Shown here piece by piece: positions 17,328-26,860 of a stretch of 64,000 nt of DNA. Origin of the DNA: an uncultured Clostridia bacterium. GTDB lineage: Bacteria > Bacillota > Clostridia > Christensenellales > UBA1242. Within the stretch, counting starts at the first letter, position 1; each line of letters starts with the position of its first letter. Made by a program: the position numbers and the translations under genes. The stretch lies in contig CALVJJ010000003.1 in the NCBI GenBank assembly GCA_944332185.1, positions 18,905 through 82,904 on the forward strand, given 5' to 3'. The notes below the pieces were generated by a model, which saw only the letters and a list, made by a program, of their open reading frames with translations, was not told the DNA's origin and did not search any database.

Positions 17328-18488
17328 ATGAAAAAAATAACGATTTTATTTTTACTATGTTGTTTTGTGGTCTTAAGTTGTCTACACTCTACTACACAAA
17401 TTGAAGCTATCATGAATCAATCACTAGATATAAAAAGTTCAAGTTATATTCTAGTGGATATGGATAGTCAGACAATTTTACTTTCTCATAATGAACATGA
17501 AAAATTGCCAGTAGCTAGTATTTGTAAATTGATGACCACATTGCTAACAATGGAAAAACTGGAAAATGGAGAAATTCATTTAGAAGATATGATTACTGCA
17601 AGTCCCTATGCTTGTAGTATGGAAGGGTCTCAAGCATTTTTAGATGCAGGAAGCCAGTATTCTGTAGAAGACTTGTTAAAGAGTGTGATTGTTGCTAGTG
17701 CAAATGATAGTAGTGTAGTGTTGGCAGAATTGATTGCAGGTACAGAACAAAATTTTACAAAACTCATGAATGAAAAAGCTTTATCATTAGGTATGAATGA
17801 TACGGTATATGTGAATGCAAATGGACTGCCTGCCATGGGGCAACATAGTACAGCTTATGATACAGCAATCTTATTAAAGGAAGTATCAAAGTACGATTTG
17901 TACCATAAATACTGTCAAATTTGGATGGATCAACTCGTACATCCTAGTGGCAGAGTCACAGAATTAGTCAATACCAATCGTTTAATTAAATATTATGATA
18001 AATGTATTTCTGGAAAAACAGGATTTACAGATGAAGCAGGATATTGCTTGGCAAGTCATGCAAAATATAATAATTTAAATCTTATTGCAGTTGTTTTACA
18101 GTGTGATTCTATGGCAGATAGATTCAATGAAAGTGTCAAGTTATTTGATTATGGATTTGCCAATTATGAAACAAAACTGATTGTAGATGCAAGCCAAATG
18201 TTAGAGGAAAATTTTGACGTTAAAAGATCTAGTCAATCCTTACAAATTAGACCAATAGAAAATTATTATTTACTATCTAAAAAAGGAGAAGATCCATCAT
18301 ACACTATTGAATATGAGATAAAACCAATGAAAGCACCTATATATGAAAATGATGTTTGTGGAAAATTGCTAGTTATAAAAGATGGTGTGGTAATAAAGGA
18401 AATTAGTCTTGTTGCTTCTCATACTGTTTTAGAAAGAACATATACAGAATCTATGGAAGAAATTATCAAAGAATGGAGTATAAAGTAA
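17328..18488 (+). CDS. D-alanyl-D-alanine carboxypeptidase (PBP5 class, DacB/DacF-like)
   Basis: Signal peptide plus SxxK (ASICKLMT), SxN (SANDSS) and KTG (GKTGFT) motifs. Confidence 0.85.
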   Translation: MKKITILFLLCCFVVLSCLHSTTQIEAIMNQSLDIKSSSYILVDMDSQTILLSHNEHEKLPVASICKLMTTLLTMEKLENGEIHLEDMITASPYACSMEGSQAFLDAGSQYSVEDLLKSVIVASANDSSVVLAELIAGTEQNFTKLMNEKALSLGMNDTVYVNANGLPAMGQHSTAYDTAILLKEVSKYDLYHKYCQIWMDQLVHPSGRVTELVNTNRLIKYYDKCISGKTGFTDEAGYCLASHAKYNNLNLIAVVLQCDSMADRFNESVKLFDYGFANYETKLIVDASQMLEENFDVKRSSQSLQIRPIENYYLLSKKGEDPSYTIEYEIKPMKAPIYENDVCGKLLVIKDGVVIKEISLVASHTVLERTYTESMEEIIKEWSIK

Positions 18489-18546
18489 GAATTTCTTACT
18501 TTATATTTTTTTGTATAATTTTTTAATCATTACAAAAAATAAAAAT

Positions 18547-19119
18547 ATGAATATAGTTTTTATTAGTATAGCCATTAGCATTGTTATGATCAATATTGCA
18601 CTTACTTTACAAATTTCTTTACGTTATGATTTATTAAAAAATTTAGGAAAAGTGCAATTACGATTATTTGGAATTCTTTTGTTTAGTGTGCCGTTTACTT
18701 TTGTGGATAAATATTTGGAATTTACTACAAAGAAAAAAGTGGTGAAAATAAAAATTGACTTAGCTGATAAAAACATTATCTTTTTTGAAAAACTAGGAAA
18801 AAGAATTTTAGCAAAAATATATTTGGATTGGCTTACCGTAAAATTGATTTTTTGTCAAGACAATCCCATGAGAGTGTCTGTTTTGGGAGGGGTGTGCAAT
18901 ATTCTTTTACAGATCATGGGACAAAAAATTCAAATGAAACATAAAGATGCTACTATTTCAACACAAACAGATTTTGGATTTCGACATAATTATATTCAAA
19001 TATATTTTGATACTAAAATTATGATTAGTCTTTTTGATATATTATCATCGGTTTTGATAACAATAATTAAAATGTGGGGTGCAGATCATGCAGAAAAACA
19101 AAAACAACACCAAAAATAA
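18547..19119 (+). CDS. YtfI-like (DUF2953) sporulation membrane protein
   Basis: ATG at 18547 within ORF 18511-19119. It has an N-terminal TM helix and lies immediately upstream of ytfJ, overlapping it, as ytfI does in Bacillus. The call is mainly by position. Confidence 0.5.
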   Translation: MNIVFISIAISIVMINIALTLQISLRYDLLKNLGKVQLRLFGILLFSVPFTFVDKYLEFTTKKKVVKIKIDLADKNIIFFEKLGKRILAKIYLDWLTVKLIFCQDNPMRVSVLGGVCNILLQIMGQKIQMKHKDATISTQTDFGFRHNYIQIYFDTKIMISLFDILSSVLITIIKMWGADHAEKQKQHQK

Positions 19120-19495
19120 TGAATTTCAGGAAAACGTATCAAAAATTATTGATGATACCATGAAAAATTTAAAAAATATCGTTGATGTGAATACAATACT
19201 GGGTTCACCCATTACAACACCAGATGGGACGATTGTAATACCTGTATCAAAGATCATGGTAGGCTTTGTATCTGGGGGTGGAGAATTTTCAGTTCCTAAT
19301 ACAAAAGTGGCTACACCGAATTTTCCTTTTGCAGGTGGATCAGGTTCTGGTTTTACGGTTGTACCATTAGGTTTTTTAGTGGGAATGCAAGGTCAATATA
19401 GATTTGTATCCACAAGTAATGAATCTTATAATGATTTTTTAAATTTAACCAATTCTTTACTAAGTACCATTATGGAGGAAATAAAAAAATCATGA
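19088..19495 (+). CDS. ytfJ: Sporulation protein YtfJ (GerW family)
   Basis: The motifs ILGSPITTPDGTIVIPVSKIMVGFVSGGGEF and FAGGSGSGFTVVPLGFLV are the Spore_YtfJ signature. The ATG at 19088 follows GTGGGGTG. Confidence 0.8.
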   Translation: MQKNKNNTKNNEFQENVSKIIDDTMKNLKNIVDVNTILGSPITTPDGTIVIPVSKIMVGFVSGGGEFSVPNTKVATPNFPFAGGSGSGFTVVPLGFLVGMQGQYRFVSTSNESYNDFLNLTNSLLSTIMEEIKKS

Positions 19496-20646
19496 AACAA
19501 TTTTTAAAATTCTTTAGTGTTGCATTATTTATTTGTTGTTTTAGTTTGCTTACATGGAATAGTCCAATCTATGCAGATACAGAAGAAAAAAATGTAGATG
19601 TATTAGCTCCTAGCAAAGCCATGGCTGTCATGGAAGGAAATACCTATCAATTACTTTATGGAAGTGCAGAAAATATGAAATTACCTATGGCAAGTACCAC
19701 TAAAATTACTACTTGTATTGTAGCTATAGAAAATGCAAAGGATCTCAATGAAATGGTCAAAATTAATGATCATGCTGTGGATATTGAAGGAACAAGTATT
19801 TACTTAAAAAAAGGAGAAGAAATGCCTTTAAAAGATCTTTTACTTGGTCTTATGTTGGCTAGTGGTAATGATGCTAGCGTTGCAATAGCTTATCATATTG
19901 GAGGAACGGAAGAAAACTTTGTACGTATGATGAATGACTATGTACAATCTATTGGGGCGACCAATACCCATTACGATAATCCTCATGGTTTAGATAGTGA
20001 CATGCATTACACGACAGCAAAAGATTTGGCACTTATTACAAGTCATGCGTTGCAAAATGATATATTTCGAGAAATTGTTTCCACAAAATTTGCTACCATT
20101 CAAGGTAATGATGAAGTGAAAGCAAGATACTTAAAAAATAAAAATAGAATTTTATTTGAAGATGAAGACTGTATCGGGGTAAAAACTGGATTTACGGATA
20201 ATGCTGGAAGATGTTTAGTGAATGCTTGTGATAAAAACGGAATGAGAATTGTAAGCGTAGTACTGAATTGTGGACCTATGTTTGAAGAATGTACTAGACT
20301 TACCAATTTGGCAATCCAAGAGTATGAAATGGTGGATTTTATTCAGCCATACACTTATGTTGGCTCTGTTGCAATTACAAGTGGAGATAAAGAAAACATG
20401 AATCTAGTGACAATAGATGGTTTTAGATTGCCGGTAAAAAAGACTGAAAAAGATTTGTATGAAGTCAAAGTAGATATTCCTACTGTACTAAATGCTCCAG
20501 TCGAAAAAAATCAAGTGGTAGGCAGTATATCTGTGTATTATAAAGGGGAAAGCATATATACAGGGGAAGTCTATACAATAGATGAATCAAAAAATTTAGA
20601 TTTTCGATATACATTAGACAATATTCTACAAAGGTGGTATAATTAA
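19492..20646 (+). CDS. D-alanyl-D-alanine carboxypeptidase (second paralog)
   Basis: Signal peptide plus SxxK (ASTTKITT), SxN (SGNDAS) and KTG (VKTGFT) motifs. Its ATGA start overlaps ytfJ. Confidence 0.85.
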   Translation: MKQFLKFFSVALFICCFSLLTWNSPIYADTEEKNVDVLAPSKAMAVMEGNTYQLLYGSAENMKLPMASTTKITTCIVAIENAKDLNEMVKINDHAVDIEGTSIYLKKGEEMPLKDLLLGLMLASGNDASVAIAYHIGGTEENFVRMMNDYVQSIGATNTHYDNPHGLDSDMHYTTAKDLALITSHALQNDIFREIVSTKFATIQGNDEVKARYLKNKNRILFEDEDCIGVKTGFTDNAGRCLVNACDKNGMRIVSVVLNCGPMFEECTRLTNLAIQEYEMVDFIQPYTYVGSVAITSGDKENMNLVTIDGFRLPVKKTEKDLYEVKVDIPTVLNAPVEKNQVVGSISVYYKGESIYTGEVYTIDESKNLDFRYTLDNILQRWYN

Positions 20647-20666
20647 CTCATAGAAAGGAAATGTAT

Positions 20667-21377
20667 ATGAGAATCAATAAATATCTAGCTAATTGTGGAT
20701 ATGGAAGCAGACGTAAAGTAGAAGAGTTGATCTTATCTGGTAGGGTGTATGTCAATGGTGTACGTATTGAAGATTTGGGACACACCATACAAGAAGGGGT
20801 TGATAAAGTACAAGTAGATCAAAAACAAGCTACATTAGAAGACAGAAAAGTATATTACATGATGCATAAACCTCAAGGGTATTTATGTACTGTAAAAGAT
20901 GATAGGGGAAGGCCAACTGTCTTACAGCTTGTGAAAGGGATTAAAGAAAGAATATATCCAGTAGGAAGATTAGATTTTAACACAACAGGACTCCTAATTT
21001 TAACGAATGATGGGGAATTAACCTATCAATTAACACACCCAACCAAGCATATTTCAAAAACTTATGATGTCAAAACCAAATATCCTTTACGAGTTGAGCA
21101 AAAAAGATTATTTCAAAAAGGTGTCAATATTGGAGATTATGTTACAAGGCCAGCTATTGTCGAACAATCACAACAGGTGGCAGACAAGTTCTTTACTAGA
21201 ATTACCATATTTGAAGGGAAAAATAGACAAATTAGAAGAATGTTTGAGGTTATTGGTTTACAAATTCTAGAATTAAAAAGAATTGCTATTGGACACTTGG
21301 AATTGGGAGATTTGCCTGTAGGGAAAATGAGAAAATTAACAGAAAAAGAATTAGAGTTATTAAAAAAGAGCAGGTAA
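20667..21377 (+). CDS. rluB: 23S rRNA pseudouridine synthase, RsuA/RluB family
   Basis: S4 domain (RINKYLANCGYGSRRKVEELILSGRVYVNG) and catalytic block VGRLDFNTTGLLILTNDGEL. The ATG at 20667 is best spaced from AAAGGAA. Confidence 0.85.
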   Translation: MRINKYLANCGYGSRRKVEELILSGRVYVNGVRIEDLGHTIQEGVDKVQVDQKQATLEDRKVYYMMHKPQGYLCTVKDDRGRPTVLQLVKGIKERIYPVGRLDFNTTGLLILTNDGELTYQLTHPTKHISKTYDVKTKYPLRVEQKRLFQKGVNIGDYVTRPAIVEQSQQVADKFFTRITIFEGKNRQIRRMFEVIGLQILELKRIAIGHLELGDLPVGKMRKLTEKELELLKKSR

Positions 21378-21464
21378 GCAACCTGCTTTTTTCTAGTAGT
21401 ATTTTATAGATAATGGTTGGATAAAATGAATCAAAATGGTATAATACAGTCAAAGAGAGGGAAT

Positions 21465-22130
21465 ATGAAAAAAATTACAATAGCTATTGATGGACCAAGT
21501 GGAAGTGGAAAAAGTACCGTTGCTAATATGGTTGCACAAAAATTGGGTATTTTATATCTTAATACTGGAGCGCTCTATAGAGCTATAGGGATCAAAGCAT
21601 ATAGACTAGGATTGACCGTGAATCAAGTTCATGAAATAGAAAAATATTTACAGGATATCACGATTGATGTTCGGTATCATAATGGCAACCAATACACCTA
21701 TCTAAACGGAAAAGATGTGACACAATATTTGAAAGGCGAGATTGCTGATACGTACTCAGCTGCAGTTTCAGATTGTTTGCCAGTTAGAGAAAAAATTTTA
21801 GAAATTCAAAGAAAAATAGCAACACAAATGAGTGTTGTTATGGAAGGGAGAGATATAGGAAGTGTAGTGCTACCTAATGCTCCGTACAAATTTTTCATCA
21901 CTGCTTCCTTAGCTATTAGAGCGAAAAGAAGATTTTTGGAATACCAGTCTAAAGGCATACAAATGACATTACAAGAGGTAGAGGAAGGGCTAAAAGAAAG
22001 AGATGAAAAAGATGAACATAGAAAACATTCACCTTTGATCATTCCTAAAGATGCAATAATCATTCATACTGATGAAAAATCTGTAGAAGAAATAGTACAT
22101 GAAATCATTTTATATGTGAGAGGTAAGTAG
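21465..22130 (+). CDS. cmk: Cytidylate kinase
   Basis: The ATG at 21465 gives MKKITIAIDGPSGSGKSTVA (P-loop) and the Cmk pattern throughout. Confidence 0.9.
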   Translation: MKKITIAIDGPSGSGKSTVANMVAQKLGILYLNTGALYRAIGIKAYRLGLTVNQVHEIEKYLQDITIDVRYHNGNQYTYLNGKDVTQYLKGEIADTYSAAVSDCLPVREKILEIQRKIATQMSVVMEGRDIGSVVLPNAPYKFFITASLAIRAKRRFLEYQSKGIQMTLQEVEEGLKERDEKDEHRKHSPLIIPKDAIIIHTDEKSVEEIVHEIILYVRGK

Positions 22131-22132
22131 AT

Positions 22133-22900
22133 ATGTTGTTTTATATTGTTTATATTCTATTATGGATTCCTTTACATCTTATTTTTCCAACGAAAATTAT
22201 AGGAAAAAAGAATTTACCTAAAAAAGGCAAAATGATTTTTTCAGCCAATCATCAAACAGTCAATGATGTTTTAATTGTGGGTATTCATTTACCTAGAAAA
22301 TTTAAGTATATGGGAAAAGGTCCATTATTTAAAAACAGATTTATTGGTTGGTTCCTAACAAAAATGGGGGCATATCCAGTTCATCATGGGCAAAACGATA
22401 TCGCTAGTGTAAAAAAGACATTAAAATTTTTAAAGGAAGATCGCGCTGTATGTATTTTCCCAGAAGGGTCAAGACTAACTTCCGATGAAAAAAATCAACT
22501 ACAAAACGGTGTTGTAATGTTTTCTTTAAAATCAAAAGCACCTATTGTGCCTGCAATGTTTATGAAAAAAACTTTAGCATTTAGGAAAAATACGTTGATG
22601 ATCGGAAAACCTTTAAAACTTTATGATCAAGCAGAGTTCCAAAATATAAAGTTAGATAAGGCTACTTTGGAAAAAGCAAGTAATATTTTAAGGGAAGCTA
22701 TTTATTCTTTAAAGCGTAAATATATTGAAATGCTGCAAGATAAAGTATATCAAAAGTATCAAAGAAAAATTATCAAGTTAGAAAGAAAAAAAGCAAAAGT
22801 ATATACTTTTGCAAAAAATATAAATAGTATAACTTCTCTTGATAGTAAAATACATACTATAGAAACAATAAAAAATCAAAAAATAGCAAAAATACAATAA
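22133..22900 (+). CDS. plsC: 1-acyl-sn-glycerol-3-phosphate acyltransferase with a Lys-rich C-terminal tail
   Basis: Acyltransferase motifs NHQTVNDV (HX4D) and FPEGSR, with an N-terminal TM helix. Confidence 0.8.
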   Translation: MLFYIVYILLWIPLHLIFPTKIIGKKNLPKKGKMIFSANHQTVNDVLIVGIHLPRKFKYMGKGPLFKNRFIGWFLTKMGAYPVHHGQNDIASVKKTLKFLKEDRAVCIFPEGSRLTSDEKNQLQNGVVMFSLKSKAPIVPAMFMKKTLAFRKNTLMIGKPLKLYDQAEFQNIKLDKATLEKASNILREAIYSLKRKYIEMLQDKVYQKYQRKIIKLERKKAKVYTFAKNINSITSLDSKIHTIETIKNQKIAKIQ

Positions 22901-22981
22901 AAAAAAGTAAATGCTTCTACCATTTACTTTTCTTATATAAAACAAAAAAGGGGGATTTGGTGTTGTCTTTTGACAGACAAC
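22899..22981 (-). ncRNA. Candidate small RNA of about 83 nt (speculative)
   Basis: On the minus strand: -35 TTGACA (23016-23011), a 17-bp spacer, -10 TATTAT (22993-22988). The predicted transcript has a 5-prime hairpin GUUGUCU/AGACAAC, a single-stranded UCCCCC and the 22906-22928 hairpin with a U-run. Confidence 0.25.
22903..22931. terminator. Bidirectional hairpin terminator after plsC
   Basis: Stem AGTAAATG / CATTTACT with a 7-nt loop, flanked by an A-run on one side and a T-rich run on the other. The T-run is better on the minus strand. Confidence 0.7.
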
Positions 22982-23280
22982 GAAGATATAATACAATATT
23001 AAAAAAAATATGTCAACAAAAAATTCAATATTTTTTAAAAAATTTTAAAAATTTTTAAAGTAAGATTATTGGCTTTTTATGTATGCATCAATTACGTATC
23101 AAAAAGCACTTAATAAGGAATATATTCCTAGTAAAAAATTGCTAACCAATACATGGATAGCAATTTTTTTATGTGTAAAGTTTTGTATTTAGCAATTCAA
23201 TCAAAAAGATGAGTAAAGGGAAGAGAAGTAGAAAAAATGTATTCTAATCTTTTGTGTAAAATAAAAAATATATAAAATAA

Positions 23281-23308
23281 AAACAAAAAAACGACTATAG
23301 TAGTCGTT
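23281..23308 (-). terminator. Intrinsic terminator of the tRNA operon
   Basis: On the minus strand: stem ACGACTA / TAGTCGT with a 3-nt loop, followed by a T-run (TTTTTTTGTTTT). Confidence 0.8.
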
Positions 23309-23312
23309 TCTT

Positions 23313-23397
23313 TGGTGGGCAGGGATGGATTCGAACCATCGAAGACGTAGTCGACGGATTTACAGTCCGTTGCATTTGACCGCTCTGCAACCTACCC
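23313..23397 (-). tRNA. tRNA-Tyr (anticodon GTA)
   Basis: 85 nt. The reverse complement reads GGGTAGG...GGACTGTAAATCC...GGTTCGAATCC...CCCACCA, with a long variable arm and an encoded CCA. Confidence 0.92.
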
Positions 23398-23404
23398 ATA
23401 AAAA

Positions 23405-23480
23405 TGGAGCTGGCAATAGGAATCGAACCTACAACCTGCTGATTACAAATCAGCTGCTCTGCCAGTTGAGCTATGCCAGC
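23405..23480 (-). tRNA. tRNA-Thr (anticodon TGT)
   Basis: 76 nt. It reads GCTGGCATAGCTCAACTGGCAGAGC...CTGATTTGTAATCAG...GGTTCGATTCC...CCAGCTCCA. Confidence 0.92.
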
Positions 23481-23496
23481 AAAAGTTAATAATATA

Positions 23497-23572
<76 letters not shown>

Positions 23573-23582
23573 AAACATATAA

Positions 23583-23659
23583 TGGCGACCTGGAAGGGAC
23601 TCGAACCCTCGGCCTCTAGCGTGACAGGCTAGCGTTATAACCAACTTAACTACCAGGCC
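23583..23659 (-). tRNA. tRNA-Asp (anticodon GTC)
   Basis: 77 nt. It reads GGCCTGGTAGTTAAGTTGG...CTAGCCTGTCACGCTAG...GGTTCGAGTCC...GTCGCCA. Confidence 0.92.
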
Positions 23660-23673
23660 ATATTATATATGTT

Positions 23674-23750
23674 TGGTGGGCATTCAGGGACTCGAACCCC
23701 GGACCGACCGGTTATGAGCCGGTTGCTCTAACCAACTGAGCTAAATGCCC
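23674..23750 (-). tRNA. tRNA with anticodon CAT (elongator Met or lysidine-type Ile2; not an initiator)
   Basis: 77 nt. It reads GGGCATTTAGCTCAGTTGGTTAGAGC...CCGGCTCATAACCGG...GGTTCGAGTCC...GCCCACCA. Positions 1 and 72 form a G-C pair and there is no GGG/CCC anticodon stem, so it is not tRNA-fMet. The D-arm resembles tRNA-Ile. Confidence 0.85.
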
Positions 23751-23771
23751 TTATCAGCATTGTGATATATT

Positions 23772-23849
23772 TGGTCGGGGCGAAGGGACTCGAACCCCCG
23801 GCCTCATGATCCCAAATCATGCGCGCTAGCCAAACTGCGCTACGCCCCG
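23772..23849 (-). tRNA. tRNA-Pro (anticodon TGG)
   Basis: 78 nt. It reads CGGGGCGTAGCGCAGTTTGG...CATGATTTGGGATCATG...GGTTCGAGTCC...CCCCGACCA. Confidence 0.9.
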
Positions 23850-23875
23850 ATATGTCCTCGAATGCTGACAATAGA

Positions 23876-23904
23876 ATTTTACTATATAGTTAGGGGAATG
23901 TCAA
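23876..23904 (-). promoter_or_regulatory. Sigma-A promoter of the six-tRNA operon
   Basis: On the minus strand: TTGACA (23904-23899), a 17-bp spacer, TAAAAT (23881-23876), about 25 nt upstream of tRNA-Pro. Confidence 0.6.
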
Positions 23905-24056
23905 GAAAAAATACGAAAAATTTTTACTTTTTTTCTAAGTTTTTATTTTTAAGATGGTTTGGACAAAAATCGACCTATTTTGAGTATTTATCTTAATTTT
24001 GGTATATGTTCTTGTGGTTATAATATAGGTAGCAATAAGGGAATAAGGAGGAAAGT

Positions 24057-24365
24057 ATGACAATAAAACACAGAATTGAAAATCATGTATTATATATCAT
24101 TTTATCGGGGGAACTAGATGAGTGTACATCTAATTTTGTAAGACAAAAATTAGACCAAATTTTAGAAGATAAAAACTATCAACAAGTAATATTTGATTTT
24201 TCTGAATTGGAATTTATGGATAGTACAGGAATTGGGGTTTTGATTGGTAGATACAAAAAATTAAAACAACATAAAATACCTATTTTTATCTATAATCCCA
24301 GTTCTCAAGTAGAAAAAATATTTAAAATGAGTGGCTTATATGAAATTATGCCACGCATAGCATAA
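24057..24365 (+). CDS. spoIIAA: Anti-sigma-F factor antagonist SpoIIAA (STAS domain)
   Basis: 102 aa with the phosphorylatable-Ser context FMDSTGIGVLIGRYK. It is the first gene of the spoIIA operon. Confidence 0.9.
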   Translation: MTIKHRIENHVLYIILSGELDECTSNFVRQKLDQILEDKNYQQVIFDFSELEFMDSTGIGVLIGRYKKLKQHKIPIFIYNPSSQVEKIFKMSGLYEIMPRIA

Positions 24366-24374
24366 GGAGAAAAT

Positions 24375-24821
24375 ATGAACTATTATAATGAAATGAATTT
24401 ACATATTTTAGCTGTTAGTGAAAATGAAAGTTTTGCAAGGGCAGTAGTAGGGGCTTTTTGTTTGCCCCTCAAACCAAGTTTAGAAGATATTGCAGATATA
24501 AAAACTGCAGTGAGTGAAGCTGTAACGAATAGTGTTGTGCATGCCTATCCAAATAAAAAAGGCTATATCGATATTTATGTTGCGATCAAAGATTGCACCA
24601 TTGCTATTGAGATAAAAGATTATGGGGTTGGTATTGTAGATGTGCAAAAAGCAAAACAACCATTCTTTACATCACTAAAAAATAGTGAACGAAGTGGTAT
24701 GGGATTCACGGTTATGGAAGGTTTTATGGATCAGGTAACTGTTGATTCAATTCCGGGACAGGGAACAACGGTAAGAATGCAAAAAACAATTACCAATTTA
24801 AAAACTGCTTTTGGGGGCTAG
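24375..24821 (+). CDS. spoIIAB: Anti-sigma-F factor SpoIIAB (Ser kinase)
   Basis: 148 aa with GHKL ATPase blocks (EAVTNSVVHAY, DYGVGI, ERSGMGFTVM). Confidence 0.9.
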   Translation: MNYYNEMNLHILAVSENESFARAVVGAFCLPLKPSLEDIADIKTAVSEAVTNSVVHAYPNKKGYIDIYVAIKDCTIAIEIKDYGVGIVDVQKAKQPFFTSLKNSERSGMGFTVMEGFMDQVTVDSIPGQGTTVRMQKTITNLKTAFGG

Positions 24822-24822
24822 A

Positions 24823-25548
24823 ATGCGAAGTCAAGAAGAAATTGCACAGCTCATTAAAAAAGCTCAAAACGGTGATGCAACAAGTAAAAATATCTTGGTT
24901 ACAGAAAATGCACCACTAATTAAAAGTGTTATTAAAAATTTTAAAAATAGAGGTATAGAATATGATGATCTTTACCAGCTAGGTTGTATGGGTTTTTTAA
25001 AAGCAATCCAAAATTTTAACGAAAGTTTTCAAGTGAAATTTTCTACTTATAGTGTACCTATGATTGCGGGGGAGATCAAAAGATTTTTACGAGATAATGG
25101 AATTATAAAAATCAGTAGAAGTACAAAATCTTTACATATTGCAATCAATCGTTTTGTGGACCAGTATATGAATGAATATGAACATAGTCCTGCTATTGAT
25201 GTTATTGCACAGCATTTTAATATTACAGAGCAAGAAGTTGTTTTTGCTATGGAAAGTGGAAGAGCACCAATTTCTTTAAACAGTATTGTGGGTGATGATG
25301 AAGGTAAAGATCTTACTTTAATGGATAGAGTTGCAAGTGAAGATTCTATAGAGAAAGGAATGGATAAAGTGGCATTGCTTAATATTATTAAAAATCTAGC
25401 TCCAAGAGATAAAAAAATTATTTTTTTAAGATACTTTAGAGATAAGACGCAAAGTGAAATTGCAAGTGAATTGGGGGTGTCTCAAGTGCAGGTAAGTAGA
25501 TTAGAAAGTAAAATCTTAAAAAACATTAAAGAACAACTTATTCAATAA
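24823..25548 (+). CDS. sigF: RNA polymerase sporulation sigma factor F
   Basis: Region 2 (DDLYQLGCMGFLKAIQNFNESFQVKFSTYSVPMIAGEIKRFLRD) and region 4 (TQSEIASELGVSQVQVSRLE). It is the third gene of the spoIIA operon. The ATG at 24823 follows GGGGG. Confidence 0.9.
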   Translation: MRSQEEIAQLIKKAQNGDATSKNILVTENAPLIKSVIKNFKNRGIEYDDLYQLGCMGFLKAIQNFNESFQVKFSTYSVPMIAGEIKRFLRDNGIIKISRSTKSLHIAINRFVDQYMNEYEHSPAIDVIAQHFNITEQEVVFAMESGRAPISLNSIVGDDEGKDLTLMDRVASEDSIEKGMDKVALLNIIKNLAPRDKKIIFLRYFRDKTQSEIASELGVSQVQVSRLESKILKNIKEQLIQ

Positions 25549-25615
25549 ATATACAAAAATAAGTATACATATACACCCAATAAATATCACAAACTATAAA
25601 TAAAGAGGGGTATGT

Positions 25616-26860
25616 ATGGAATATGAAAAATTAGATAATGGCATTACTGTTATTGTCGATAATAATCAAGAATCACTAAGCACAGCTTGTGTATTTCAAT
25701 TTTTTGTTGGAGCAAAAGATGAACAGAATCATCGTGGTGTAGCTCATTTTTTAGAACATATTCTTTTTGCAGGCACTACGTCGAAAAGTAAAGAAGAAAT
25801 AAGAAAGTTGTTCCAAGATAATGGTTGTTATTTTAATGCAAGTACGAATTTGTTAAAAACAAAATTTTATATAAAAACAATCAATGAATACTTTTTTAAT
25901 GCCTTTAAAATACTAGCAGATGTTATATCTAATCCACTTTTTGACAATAACATGATAGAAACTGAAAAAAAGATTATAAAAGATGAAATATTAAAAAACA
26001 ATGAAAATGATATAAATTTTTATGTAGAACAACAACGAACTAGAATTTTTAGGAACACCCATCTTGAAAAATATGTGTTGGGAACAATAGAAGATATTGA
26101 TAAAATTACTAAAGAAATACTACAAGATTTTTATTATAAGAATTATGTCACTGGCAATTTAGTAATTGCTTTTTCCGGTAAAATTACAAAAACACAAGCT
26201 CTAGCATTAGTGCAACACTATATTCATTTGCCTATGCAACATAGGGAAAATCACAACATTGAAAATGTTTTAGTTACAAAGGATTTAACCCTTATACCAA
26301 AAGAAACACAACAAGCTACAGTGTGTATATTTATGCAAGGATATGGTGCTTACAATGATTCTTATTTTGCTTATCAATTAATAGTAGCAATTATTGGTGG
26401 GAATATATATAGTAGATTGTTTCAAAAAATAAGAGAAGAAATGGGACTAGTTTACCATATTCAGACATTTACAGAAAATTATTTAACTTTTGGTCTTTGG
26501 GGAATTTCTTTTTCTTGTGAAATTGGCAACGTAAAAAAAGTACTGATGGCAATATCTCAGACACTTAAAGAAATAATTGATAAAAAACTGATCACAGATC
26601 AAGAATTGGAACAGGCAAAAAAGGATTATAAAGTATCCCTTATAACAGGGTTGGAAACTTCATCTTCTAGAGCAAACTTTTTAGCTACTCAGTTTTGGAA
26701 TAAAAATTATCTAACTAACATTTATCAAAATGTGGAAATGATAGAAAAAGTAAGTATACATCAAATTAGACAAGTATCCCAAAAATTACTTAAAGCAATA
26801 CAAATGAATGTTTTAATTGTTGGGGGAGACTTTCAAAAAGAAGAATTTGATTTTTTATAA
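25616..26860 (+). CDS. M16-family (insulinase-like) zinc peptidase
   Basis: 414 aa with the inverted zinc motif HFLEH near the N-terminus. Confidence 0.8.
   Translation: MEYEKLDNGITVIVDNNQESLSTACVFQFFVGAKDEQNHRGVAHFLEHILFAGTTSKSKEEIRKLFQDNGCYFNASTNLLKTKFYIKTINEYFFNAFKILADVISNPLFDNNMIETEKKIIKDEILKNNENDINFYVEQQRTRIFRNTHLEKYVLGTIEDIDKITKEILQDFYYKNYVTGNLVIAFSGKITKTQALALVQHYIHLPMQHRENHNIENVLVTKDLTLIPKETQQATVCIFMQGYGAYNDSYFAYQLIVAIIGGNIYSRLFQKIREEMGLVYHIQTFTENYLTFGLWGISFSCEIGNVKKVLMAISQTLKEIIDKKLITDQELEQAKKDYKVSLITGLETSSSRANFLATQFWNKNYLTNIYQNVEMIEKVSIHQIRQVSQKLLKAIQMNVLIVGGDFQKEEFDFL

Noticed and set aside
23951-23980. Possible degenerate 0A boxes (GTCGAtt and TGTCCAA on the minus strand) upstream of spoIIAA.
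   Set aside because: Each has one or two mismatches, and no convincing sigma-H or sigma-A promoter could be placed relative to them.
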